This document shows positions 36,592-46,072 of a DNA stretch of 64,000 nucleotides, one piece after another. The stretch is from Phycisphaerae bacterium (GTDB taxonomy: Bacteria > Planctomycetota > Phycisphaerae > WQYP01), in the NCBI GenBank assembly GCA_049977145.1, contig JBMFGW010000002.1, forward strand, positions 7,451 to 71,450, read 5' to 3'. Under the pieces are notes generated by a model. The model had not been told where the DNA came from. It ran no database searches and saw nothing but the letters and a program-made list of their open reading frames with translations. The translations under genes and the position numbers were made by a program. Within the stretch, counting starts at the first letter, position 1. The number at the start of each line of letters is the position of its first letter.

Positions 36592-38981
36592 ATCCTGATA
36601 ATGTTTTCCATGCCAATTGGCCCATCACCGCGCTAAGCACCGGCCATTGGGCCTTGGGCACCGGTCATCCGTGGCTGATGATTTTGCTGCTGGCAGCGGC
36701 AGCGGCGGTGGGAGGATGGAGCTATCGGCATCAGACCGCGACGCCATCGTTAAAATTAACAATGGCTATTACCCGCGCCGCCATACTGGCGCTCGTGGTG
36801 CTGTTGCTGGCGCAACCCGTTTTTGTCATGGTCCATACGCTGCGCCGTCCCGCCGTAGTGGCGATTTGGGTTGATACGTCCCGCTCCATGACGTTACGCG
36901 ATGCGTATGAAAGTCCAGCTAAAATCAAACTTATTGATGCGGTACGCCAAGCGCTGCCGCCCGCCGCCGCCAAAAAACGTCCGACGCGGTTTAACGTGGC
37001 GTGCTGGAGTCTCGATCAGGCGGCGAATACCTGGCTTAAAGTCCTGGCAAAAAATCAGAGCGTGGCCATATTTACCGGCGGCGCCCACGCCCATCTGCTG
37101 GGAATAGCCAATTCTCCAACGCAATTGATGCCGCTGCTGCAAAGACTTGCGGTACAAAAACCGCACGCTAACGCCACCAATGTGCCCGGCGTGCTGGCAG
37201 ATATATTCAATGATCTGCAAGGCCGCCCCATCAGCGCTGTACTTACCTACACCGACGGACGATCCACCGGCCCGGCCTCCATGAGTCTGGTGCATCAATT
37301 GGCCAAGGCCGGCGCCACGCCGATATTGGCGGTACCCATCGGACAGATACATCCCCCGTTTGCTTTGAAAATCGCCGACGCCCAGGCGCCCCGCCATGCC
37401 TTTATGCAAGATCCGGTGGCGGTGCGGGCCAAGGTACGCATCACCGGCGCGACAGCGACGCAAAGTACCACCATCCGGTTGTTTGCACAAACGAAAGAAC
37501 ATCGCCGAGGCAGGGAATTAACCAGTGAGCGTATTACCATTCATCCCGGCACAGCACAGCAAAATGTCAGCCTGATGTTTCACCCGTCGCAACCGGGAAC
37601 TTACCACCTCATCCTGGTTGCCGATCCTTTGCCGCATGAATTGACCCATCGGGGCAATACCTCCCGCGGCGTATGGACACGGGTGGTACGGGCCAAGGTG
37701 CGGATTTTGTATGTGGAAGGCTATCCGCGCTGGGAATACCGTTATCTGAAAAATGATCTGATGCGGGAAAAAACCACACTGCTTAGCTGTCTGCTTTTAT
37801 CCGCGGATAACCGTTTTGCGCAGGAGGGCAATATTCCCATCAACCGCTTCCCCGATACGCAGGCGGAGATGAATCGCTATGACGTGCTGTTGCTGGGCGA
37901 TGTGAATCCCGATTATTTTTCCGCCGCCCAGGAAAAAATAATTCTCCGGTTTGTCGGGCGGTATGGCGGCGGTTTTGGAATGATCGCCGGTGCGGATTAC
38001 GCCCCGGATGCCTATCGCCGTACGCCGCTGGCACGCTTGCTGCCGATCATTGCCGGCAACCCCGATAATCCCATGTTCGCCCCCCCACCCAATGAACCCT
38101 TTGAACTGCATCTAACCGCGATCGGCAGGCAGAGCATGTTATTTCATTTTTTTAACAGCCAGCAAAAAAATCTCCAGCAAGTCGCCGATTTACCACCGCT
38201 GTACTGGTTTGAGCCGGTGGCCGGTCTGCAACCCAGCGCCACCGTGCTGGCGGATTTACCCAGCCACCGCATTGATGGACGGCCCGCGCCGCTTCTGGTG
38301 TTCGGACGCTATGGTGCCGGGCGGACCATGTTTTCGGCCATTGACGATACCTGGCGCTGGCGCTATTACCATGGGGCACCGTTGTACAAAAGCTACTGGC
38401 TGGAAATGATGCGGGAATTGGCCCGCCAGCGCGTGTTTGGCGGATCGCGTGGTATTGTGCTTCGCATGCAGACACCGCGTGTGCAGGTAGGGCAGAGCAA
38501 TCGGATTTTTCTTTCCGTGCGGAACCCGCAGTTAATTAGTCAGATGCCCGCATCCGTGCCGGTGATGATGACTTCCGCTGGCGGCCGCCAGACCATTGTG
38601 CTTTCGCCGGTAAGCTCATCGCATCGGCAATATGAGGGCGAAGTCACGCCATGGGCGGTGGGGCATTACACCCTGACGGCAAAGCCCGGCATTTTGCCGG
38701 GTGCCGTTAAGCCGGTGGAAATGGATGTTACCGCCTCCATGCGTGAATTCACCATCCTGACGGCAGACCCCGCGGCACTGGCCCGGCTGGTCGCCGATAC
38801 CGGCGGGGCCGTGGTGCCGCTGGCGGGGCAAAGTGCCTTGGCACGACTAATTCCTGATCGGAGCGTGGAAGTGGCGGTCCGGCAATCGCGGCAGCTTTGG
38901 AATAAACCGTGGGCGTTGGCGCTGTTGATATTGTTATTGACGGTAGAATGGATACTGCGTAAACGCGCCGGGTTGATCTGA
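36588..38981 (+). CDS. TM-VWA-GATase1-like membrane protein (paralogous architecture to the preceding gene)
   Basis: Its ATG overlaps the upstream TGA (ATGA). It has two N-terminal TM helices and an intact MIDAS DxSxS (WVDTSRSM). The block RILYVEGYPRWEYRYL...YDVLLLGDV...GGGFGMIAG is present, as is the C-terminal anchor LALLILLLTVEWILRKRA. Confidence 0.7.
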   Translation: MNPDNVFHANWPITALSTGHWALGTGHPWLMILLLAAAAAVGGWSYRHQTATPSLKLTMAITRAAILALVVLLLAQPVFVMVHTLRRPAVVAIWVDTSRSMTLRDAYESPAKIKLIDAVRQALPPAAAKKRPTRFNVACWSLDQAANTWLKVLAKNQSVAIFTGGAHAHLLGIANSPTQLMPLLQRLAVQKPHANATNVPGVLADIFNDLQGRPISAVLTYTDGRSTGPASMSLVHQLAKAGATPILAVPIGQIHPPFALKIADAQAPRHAFMQDPVAVRAKVRITGATATQSTTIRLFAQTKEHRRGRELTSERITIHPGTAQQNVSLMFHPSQPGTYHLILVADPLPHELTHRGNTSRGVWTRVVRAKVRILYVEGYPRWEYRYLKNDLMREKTTLLSCLLLSADNRFAQEGNIPINRFPDTQAEMNRYDVLLLGDVNPDYFSAAQEKIILRFVGRYGGGFGMIAGADYAPDAYRRTPLARLLPIIAGNPDNPMFAPPPNEPFELHLTAIGRQSMLFHFFNSQQKNLQQVADLPPLYWFEPVAGLQPSATVLADLPSHRIDGRPAPLLVFGRYGAGRTMFSAIDDTWRWRYYHGAPLYKSYWLEMMRELARQRVFGGSRGIVLRMQTPRVQVGQSNRIFLSVRNPQLISQMPASVPVMMTSAGGRQTIVLSPVSSSHRQYEGEVTPWAVGHYTLTAKPGILPGAVKPVEMDVTASMREFTILTADPAALARLVADTGGAVVPLAGQSALARLIPDRSVEVAVRQSRQLWNKPWALALLILLLTVEWILRKRAGLI

Positions 38982-39010
38982 AACGCTCCCACCGCTTGCG
39001 CAACACGGAG

Positions 39011-42000
39011 ATGGCCTTGCCTATGGATAATCCCGCTTCAGCCCCAGCCCTGTTGCAGCGCATCGGTCAATTGCGCCGAGTGCTGCGCGCCGCATTGGTG
39101 CTCCATGGCGTTGCGCTGGTGCTTTCGGCGTTGCTTGGGACCGCGTTGATTCTGGCCCTGGGAGATTATGTTTTCCATTTTCCCGGCATCCTGCGTCTGA
39201 TTTTGCTGGTTCTAGTACTGGGAGGAACGGCGTTTCTTTTATGGAGGGATGTCATTGCCCGCATACTGCGGCCAATCCCCGATCAGTTTCTTGCCGGGGT
39301 TCTACAATATGCCGCCGCCTTACCGCACGAGCAATTACAATCGGCCGTCGAATTTATGGAGAATCGCACGGATCGTCTGAATGTTCTGGCGGCCAAAGCC
39401 ATCCTAGAGGCGGATTATACCGCACAATCGGTACGCGTAGGGACGGCCTTATCCTGGCGTCCCGTGGTGAAACTCTGGATTACCTCCACTCTGGCGGTAC
39501 TCGTGGCTGCGTTAATCATTGTTCTTAATCCTGGTAATGCGGCACTTTCGTGGCAGCGCTGGGTTGGCCCATTGGCCCATCATCCCTGGCCGCTAAGTCA
39601 GAGTGTGCAACTGGTTTGGAAAACGGCGAACCACCAGCCTCCGGCCATTTGGCCACGGGGGCAGGCACTGACGGTGCTGGCGGTCGTAACAAAAGGGTTC
39701 AATCCGGATTTACGGGTGTGGTTGGAAATGCGCGGACGCCGCCAACCCGTCACTTCGCAACTGATGACCTGGCAAGGGGCGGCGCATGGGCAGTTGTACG
39801 AAAAGGTCCTCCTGCCGCAGGAAAAAACAATGCAAATCCGTCCGGTGGCCGGTGATGATCATCGCACGCCGTGGGTCACAATACATTTAATGCCTCGCCC
39901 CCGCATTATAACCATGATCGCCCGCATCACCCCACCGGCCTATGCTCATAACGCCCCCACGTTTACCGTCAATATGCTGAATCGGCAAGTGCGTGTGATT
40001 CGCGGCTCTACGATTACCATGACGCTTACCGCCAATCAACCACTGGAATCCGACCCGCGCACGCCGGCCTTTGCTTTTGTCAAGACGGTCGACCAATCTC
40101 GTATTGCCGTTCCGGCGTATATGGTGCGCCAATCCGCCAACGTTTTAACCATGCGTTGGACAGCGCAAAACTCGATCTCCGGGCGTCTGCGCATCATTAG
40201 TAGTTCCGGCTTAGCTAATCGCCGCGGCGGCGAGCTGCAATTAACTGTTATTCCCGATTCCCTCCCCACGGTGGTTATTTCCCATCCGCGACATTCCGTC
40301 GCACTAACACCTGACGGTTCGTTTCATTTAACCATCCGAGGCAGCGACGATCTCGGCCTGACCCGCCTGTTTTTAATGGGGACAGTCACCGATATTAAGG
40401 GGCACACGGTACCAACCTTCCGCACCCCGCAGCCATGGCAGACGCTGGCTTATGATGCGCAAACCCGCCTGCAACAAGGCTCCAGTACCACAATCTGGTC
40501 GCCAATGCCGCTGCATCTTGCGCCAGGAGACAGCGTGGAACTCACCGCCCTGGCCGGTGATAATTATAAAATCACGTTGCCCAATGGCACGGTCCAGCGG
40601 CATCCCCTGGTGAAATCCGCCCCACTGCTGGTGCTGATCCGGGCACGGGCGGCTATCGCCGCGGATCTAACCGCAGATTTGCAAAGTGTCCGCCACGCTA
40701 TAAAAGCGCTCCTTCTACGGCAGCAACGTACCGCCGCTGAAACCGCGGCAATTCCGCAATCCATTAAGCGTGCCGGGAAGGCCACCCCACAACAGCAAAC
40801 CGCATTATCCGATTTGGCCACAGCCCAAGCTGATCAAGCCGCCCGCGCGGATCAGATCACGCGTACCTTAGAGCATATCGACCACATCGCACGCCGCAAT
40901 AAGCTCGCGCTGTCCACCCCGGGAAAACTTGCCCAGCTTGCCACCGCTAAAATGGGACAGGTGGGCCGGCACAATATGCCCGATGCCGCTGCGCATCTGA
41001 CCCGTAGCAGCATATTGGCCCGGCAAAATGCTCTTGCTGCGGCCGCGCAACAACTCGCGAAAGCAGGCCAAGCTCAAAATCAGGCTATGCAAACTATGCG
41101 TAACCTACTTGACCACTTGGGCGCACAAGGTGAATTTGACGCCTTGGCCGCGAAAATCAACCACATGCTCCAACAGCAGCAACTGTTGCAAAATAAGCTC
41201 AAGGCGTTGGCCGCTAAAACCATCGGCATGGATATGAATCAACTGCCGCCCACTTTACAACAAGCGTTGCAACACTTAGGCCAAAAGCAAAATGCGCTGG
41301 CCAATCAGGCCGCCAAACTTGCCGACCAACTGCAACAGGCGGCACAAGCCTTGAAAAAGGATAACCCGGCTCTGGCGGCGGCGCTAGCTCAGGCCGCGAA
41401 AATTGCGCAAAACGATGCCGTCAGTTCAGCCATGCAACTCGCGGCCAGGGCTATCAGTAAAAATCACATGCTGACTGGATCATCCAGTCAGGCCCGATCG
41501 CATCAGGGTTTAAGTGAGATGCTCAAAGCCCTGAACAGCGTGCGCAATAAATCATTGCGTCAGCTGGCCAAGCAATTGCGGGACATGATTCGGATTGTTG
41601 CCCAGTTAATTATCCGGCAAAAATCTCTAGTTACCGCCGCCACACAAGCTGGAGCTAAAGCGCCTGAAACGGCTCTGGCCGCCACCGCTAATCAGGAAAG
41701 CCGACTACAACTCGATACCTTGGCGGCGGCCCCGCAGGCGGATCGGGTGGATCCATCGGGCCATGTGGGCGCACTAATGCGTATGGCCGGCGGCAATATG
41801 GGGCAGGCTACCGGGGCTTTGCTGCGTGACCATCAGCCGCACGCTTTAACCAATCAAAATGGGGCCTTGCATTATTTACACCAGGCGCTGGCCTTGTTGC
41901 AAAAACAGCTCAGGAAAGTCCAAAACCAACAACGCCAAAATCAGATCGCCAGTTTGAAAAAACAATATCAACTGCTGCTTCAGGCCCAGAAATTATTATG

Positions 42001-42583
42001 GAATCAGACCCGTACGCTGCGTGCATCGCGCGTGGCTCAGGGAATATTAAATCGGCCCCAGCAATTACAGGCCGTGGGAATTGCCCACGCCCAGCAGTTG
42101 CTTATGGCCGAACTTGCCGCGTTAAGTCAGGTGGAATCCGGCCCGGCGCCGCTGCTGGCGTGGCTTAATGGCAAGATCATCAACGACATGCGCAGGGCCG
42201 CCAATACCTTGGCCGGCGCTACCGCCAATCAAAGAGTGCTGGATGAACAAACATCGGCTATCGCCAAAATTACAGATATTATCGACGCCCTCCAGCAGCG
42301 GCAGAATCCGAAAAAAGCTGCCGGTGGTGGCGATGGTGGTGGCGGTGGCGGTGGCGGTGGCGGTGGCAAACAGCAACTCATGCCGCCGGCAGCACAGTTA
42401 AAGTTACTCAAAGTCCTGCAATTGCAAGTCAATGCGGATTCCGCTTTCCTCAACAACCAATTGCAACATGCGGCCAATTCCGCCCAAAAACGCAGCCTGC
42501 ACGCCATCATCCGCCATCTCGGCGGAATGCAGGGCGACATCGCCACGCAAGCCCGGCATGTGGTGGACTCGATGCAAAAGTGA
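39011..42583 (+). CDS. Giant membrane-anchored coiled-coil protein, DUF4175-like
   Basis: About 1190 aa with N-terminal TM helices (ALVLHGVALVLSALLGTALILALGDYVF; ILRLILLVLVLGGTAFLLW). A mid beta-rich region is followed by a Gln/Ala/Leu-rich helical region of more than 450 aa, a (Gly)n tract and a conserved-looking tail. The position after MoxR/DUF58/BatA genes matches the DUF4175/TIGR02302 context as I recall it. Confidence 0.6.
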   Translation: MALPMDNPASAPALLQRIGQLRRVLRAALVLHGVALVLSALLGTALILALGDYVFHFPGILRLILLVLVLGGTAFLLWRDVIARILRPIPDQFLAGVLQYAAALPHEQLQSAVEFMENRTDRLNVLAAKAILEADYTAQSVRVGTALSWRPVVKLWITSTLAVLVAALIIVLNPGNAALSWQRWVGPLAHHPWPLSQSVQLVWKTANHQPPAIWPRGQALTVLAVVTKGFNPDLRVWLEMRGRRQPVTSQLMTWQGAAHGQLYEKVLLPQEKTMQIRPVAGDDHRTPWVTIHLMPRPRIITMIARITPPAYAHNAPTFTVNMLNRQVRVIRGSTITMTLTANQPLESDPRTPAFAFVKTVDQSRIAVPAYMVRQSANVLTMRWTAQNSISGRLRIISSSGLANRRGGELQLTVIPDSLPTVVISHPRHSVALTPDGSFHLTIRGSDDLGLTRLFLMGTVTDIKGHTVPTFRTPQPWQTLAYDAQTRLQQGSSTTIWSPMPLHLAPGDSVELTALAGDNYKITLPNGTVQRHPLVKSAPLLVLIRARAAIAADLTADLQSVRHAIKALLLRQQRTAAETAAIPQSIKRAGKATPQQQTALSDLATAQADQAARADQITRTLEHIDHIARRNKLALSTPGKLAQLATAKMGQVGRHNMPDAAAHLTRSSILARQNALAAAAQQLAKAGQAQNQAMQTMRNLLDHLGAQGEFDALAAKINHMLQQQQLLQNKLKALAAKTIGMDMNQLPPTLQQALQHLGQKQNALANQAAKLADQLQQAAQALKKDNPALAAALAQAAKIAQNDAVSSAMQLAARAISKNHMLTGSSSQARSHQGLSEMLKALNSVRNKSLRQLAKQLRDMIRIVAQLIIRQKSLVTAATQAGAKAPETALAATANQESRLQLDTLAAAPQADRVDPSGHVGALMRMAGGNMGQATGALLRDHQPHALTNQNGALHYLHQALALLQKQLRKVQNQQRQNQIASLKKQYQLLLQAQKLLWNQTRTLRASRVAQGILNRPQQLQAVGIAHAQQLLMAELAALSQVESGPAPLLAWLNGKIINDMRRAANTLAGATANQRVLDEQTSAIAKITDIIDALQQRQNPKKAAGGGDGGGGGGGGGGGKQQLMPPAAQLKLLKVLQLQVNADSAFLNNQLQHAANSAQKRSLHAIIRHLGGMQGDIATQARHVVDSMQK
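42323..42367 (+). repeat. In-frame GGY microsatellite encoding GGGDGGGGGGGGGGG
   Basis: Read directly: 15 codons, including (GGTGGC)x5, lie inside the DUF4175-like CDS. Confidence 0.9.
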
Positions 42584-42794
42584 CTGGCTCGTCAATTCGG
42601 ACTTGGCGCGGAAACATAACTAAATCCATGGTTAATGTGCCGGAACCCATCGGAGATTAGACTATTTTGTGCTTTGGGTATCTTGTCATCACCGACTGCC
42701 AAATGCGGGCAATAAACCGAATAACGACAGCAAGCGTCGGGAATCGACTGATTGCCGACGTCTCGACAGCGCCGGTCGGCATACATCGCCCTGC

Positions 42795-43961
42795 TTACGC
42801 CTGCACCCGGGCTGCTAGCGCATCAAGCACGCTCATATAGTTCATATAGGCGTCATACGGCGATTCGTACATACTGAAACTCGGCGTATTGACATCCCCA
42901 AAAACACGCGTATTCATGTACAGGAAATGATCGCTGGAGCTTAATTTCCGCCACGTTGACAGCAACACCGGGTCCGCGGAATCTTTAATGGGCTTTTCCA
43001 GACGGTAAAGCTCCTGCAGTGCGTTTGCCTGCATGGCATTGCCCAACCAAGGCGATAAATCGCGCTGCGTGTCAGTCCAGCAGATATTCCGCGGTACACT
43101 TAATTCCGCAACTGGCTTATGCGACTTAATAACTTCCGACGGCAGGCTGAAGCGATCACCATGCTCGATGACAAATCGCGGCAAAGCCCGGAGAAAGTCA
43201 AAAATGCCGCTGGCGGCGGAATGCCGCTCGCCGAAGGTTTCGTAATCCATCCCCAGCAGGCAGTACTCCCCCGCGGCTCCTGTGTTATGCAGCCACTGTG
43301 CGTACTTATCCGCCAGCAGCGGCCAATTCGCCCAATCATGGGCGGAAAAGCGCAGCGACCAATCTTCGCTTAGTCGGTAGTGCCGCAGCAACAGGTTCAG
43401 CGGCTCACGTGCCGCTTTATAAACATGCCCGGGACTGCGGTTTCCCAAAGCTCCTTCCCATCCTTCGGTAATAGCGGCCTGAAAATTCAGGCCGGCCACC
43501 AGCCGCCCCACCTCATTGGAATAAATAAGATTGGTATTGCGGAATATCGTCGGTTTACATCCAAACATATTCGCCATGGTCCGGCTGTGCAGCTTTACCT
43601 GTGCCGCAAATTCATCCGGGGAATAAAGGCATCCCAGACTGTGGTGTGAGGTTTCTCCAAGAAATTCCACGCTGCCAGTACCTGCGAGTTCCTTTAACAA
43701 TGCCACCACCTCAGGAGCGTCATCGGAACACTGTTCCAAAGCGGTGCTGGTCACGCTCAAGGCGACACGAAAAGCCGATCCATATTGTCGGGCCAATTCC
43801 AACAGCACTTGCGTGGCGGGTATATAGCTCCGGGCGGCAATTTCGCGTGTGTATCGCCGATTGGCCAGCGTGTCAAAATAATCTGCATCCGAATCAAAAA
43901 TACTATAGCGCCGCAGGCGGAATGGCTGATGAATTTGAAAATATAAAATAATGTCAACCAT
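42795..43961 (-). CDS. Glycoside hydrolase family 57 protein (alpha-glucan acting)
   Basis: The N-terminal ILYFQIHQPFRLRRY block, the later GSVEFLGETSHHSL block and the MDYETFGE block resemble GH57 catalytic-domain signatures. The length is 388 aa. Confidence 0.7.
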   Translation of the reverse strand: MVDIILYFQIHQPFRLRRYSIFDSDADYFDTLANRRYTREIAARSYIPATQVLLELARQYGSAFRVALSVTSTALEQCSDDAPEVVALLKELAGTGSVEFLGETSHHSLGCLYSPDEFAAQVKLHSRTMANMFGCKPTIFRNTNLIYSNEVGRLVAGLNFQAAITEGWEGALGNRSPGHVYKAAREPLNLLLRHYRLSEDWSLRFSAHDWANWPLLADKYAQWLHNTGAAGEYCLLGMDYETFGERHSAASGIFDFLRALPRFVIEHGDRFSLPSEVIKSHKPVAELSVPRNICWTDTQRDLSPWLGNAMQANALQELYRLEKPIKDSADPVLLSTWRKLSSSDHFLYMNTRVFGDVNTPSFSMYESPYDAYMNYMSVLDALAARVQA

Positions 43962-44082
43962 TGGAAATATCCTATTGCAATACCCAGCTCTAATCGTGGA
44001 CTATTATAACCATTCCAACCAGTTTGGAATGCTGGTCCAGGCACGCTGCTGCCGGGTGGGGTAGATGACACTTTGCTTGCCA

Positions 44083-45336
44083 TTATTCTGTGGATCCGAA
44101 CAAAGCCTTCTCCAGGCGGTCGCAGAAACGGCCACGCAGGGCTTCCTGGCTGAATCGCTCATGCAACAGATGCTGTGCTTCGCGCCCCATACGGTGCAGA
44201 TCCGCCGGTGCCGTGGCCTTGATTTCTGCAAGGACCGCTACGGCACCGTTGACATCTCCATGGCCAATGCGCCAGCCAATGCGGTGTTGCGCAAAGATGT
44301 CGGCAATATGGCTGGGATCGGGGCCGAGAAAGAGTATGGGTTTACCCACCGCCATGGCTCCATAAATTTTGCAGGGATGAATAATTCCCACCATATTTTC
44401 GCCTAGGCTTACCAGATGCACATCTGCGGCCGCCAAAGAAAATTTCAGTGTCTCCAACGGCTGATAAGGCAGGGAGATGACATTGCTTAGTTGATGGTCT
44501 TTTTTATAGGATTCCACCTGTCGCTTGCCCAGTCCGCCGCCGACAAAAACAAACCGCAGCTGCGGATCATCCTTGAAATGCGCCGCTGCCTGAAGAATGG
44601 TATCCAGCGGATTGGCGGGGCTGTGGTTGCCGCTATACATCAGCACCAGTTTGCCCACCAGGCCATGTTCAATGCGGAACGGATTATTCTCCGGCGGCAC
44701 CGGTTCAATAACATGCTCATGCGGCCATGGCGGATCAATATGAATCTTTTGCGCCAAGTCGCCACGTTTAGCCAACCGCTCCGCCATAAAGCGATCCAGG
44801 GCGAAAATGGCAGCGGAATTGCGCAGAATAAAACGGTTGACCACCTCCAAAAAACGCGCCCGCAAGCTGTAGTTCTTAATTTTCCCCATCATGATGAGTT
44901 GATCCGGGTTGAGGTCCATGGCCCAATAGGCGATGGGTACACGCCGTAATAAATGAATCCATGCGGCGGCGAAGCCGATCATGGGCGGAGAGGTGCTAAA
45001 GAGGATGCCCTTGACTCTCGGAGTAAACAGCCCAATACAAAAACATTGAATAAGGAAACTTGCGGTGCCGATCATGCGGATCAACAGATTCTTCTTGCCG
45101 AAGGAACTCCAACGCAGCCGCCGCACCTCCACTGCCTGCATATTTTCCCGCAATGGATAACGGCGACTTGGGTCTTCATATCCGCGGCTGGAAGCATAGA
45201 CACGTACACGATGTCCACGCCGGGCTAATTCAATGGCGGCGTCGGTGACATGCTGGCCGACCGCAGCGGGATCGGGCGCAAAGGTCTGGCTGAAGATTAA
45301 GAGAACTCCGCGGTTTTTATGAGGAGATTCGGCCAT
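44083..45336 (-). CDS. Glycosyltransferase, GT4/GT-B fold
   Basis: 417 aa. The N-terminal VLLIFSQTFAPDPAAVGQHVTDAAIELARRGHRV block is typical of GT-B group-1 enzymes, and a C-terminal VFVGGGLGK...HLVSL...GKPILFLGP nucleotide-sugar binding half is present. Confidence 0.7.
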   Translation of the reverse strand: MAESPHKNRGVLLIFSQTFAPDPAAVGQHVTDAAIELARRGHRVRVYASSRGYEDPSRRYPLRENMQAVEVRRLRWSSFGKKNLLIRMIGTASFLIQCFCIGLFTPRVKGILFSTSPPMIGFAAAWIHLLRRVPIAYWAMDLNPDQLIMMGKIKNYSLRARFLEVVNRFILRNSAAIFALDRFMAERLAKRGDLAQKIHIDPPWPHEHVIEPVPPENNPFRIEHGLVGKLVLMYSGNHSPANPLDTILQAAAHFKDDPQLRFVFVGGGLGKRQVESYKKDHQLSNVISLPYQPLETLKFSLAAADVHLVSLGENMVGIIHPCKIYGAMAVGKPILFLGPDPSHIADIFAQHRIGWRIGHGDVNGAVAVLAEIKATAPADLHRMGREAQHLLHERFSQEALRGRFCDRLEKALFGSTE

Positions 45337-46018
45337 TGTTCACACTCCGCCCAGTCCCTAAATACGCAAACATCAACACACGGTCGCCAGCGGCGGGGTA
45401 AGCGTTGGCTTCTTGCAGTGGCGTCACCGCTGGATTGGTTTGTTTTTCGGCGTTGTAAACGCAGGCGGAAGAGGGATAGTAGAACCGCCGAACCCGTTTT
45501 TTTCTGGCAGCCTGGCGCAGGTGAGTGTTAAGGAGCATGCCAATCGTGTTTTCTTCCCGATGTAATTCTAGGCAGCGCATCCCGCCCATATCACCAGCAA
45601 AATGAAACACCGTGCGCGCGGAATCAAAGGCTTTCTTACACGCCTTTTCCTCGCGTGACGCAAGGCCCAGATTCTTAACATCGGGAAAATTCTGATACCA
45701 CTGATCCACCGGTTTGATATCCACGGCACGATCATGCACACGCCCCTGCCAGCGCGCATCCCCAACCAGATGCCCCCCGATACAGCTACCCGCTTCGCAC
45801 ACAACCACCATATCCTGTTGTCCGCTCGTGGGTATACTCCTCGCACAGCCAAGCCGAAAGTAGTTGCCCATACCGGCTCGAGCGCACAATATCACTCTGA
45901 CGACGTAGCAATTATCGGCGATTGTATCCATCCCGCTTGAATCCGCAATTCCGCATGACATCTGCTTGCGGCTCTGCCACGCTGGAATTTCTCCGCAGCC
46001 GGGTATTAGCTCTGACAT
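45317..46018 (-). pseudogene. Decayed, C-terminally truncated NAD-dependent sugar epimerase/dehydratase (GDP-mannose 3,5-epimerase-like)
   Basis: VVVCEAGSCIGGHLV...AVDIKP...VFHFAGDMGGM...RFYYPSSACVYNAEKQ...EANAYPA parallels the SDR-epimerase N-terminal half. The GxGGxIG Rossmann motif is corrupted to EAGSCIG. Homology stops after about 140 aa, and the ORF runs into the GT4 start. Confidence 0.5.
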
Positions 46019-46072
46019 TTTACTCTACGCAGCAATGCCGCATTGGCCTGAAAATATGGCTACACCTTGCAA

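Noticed and set aside
42592-42786. 64-aa Cys-rich minus-strand ORF in the 211-nt gap between the DUF4175-like gene and the GH57 gene
   Set aside because: It has no RBS or signal sequence and an odd composition. The region instead contains two imperfect hairpins (CGTCGG...CCGACG and TGCCGAC...GTCGGCA) that may simply be 3'-end structures. They lack U-tracts, so I did not call terminators either.
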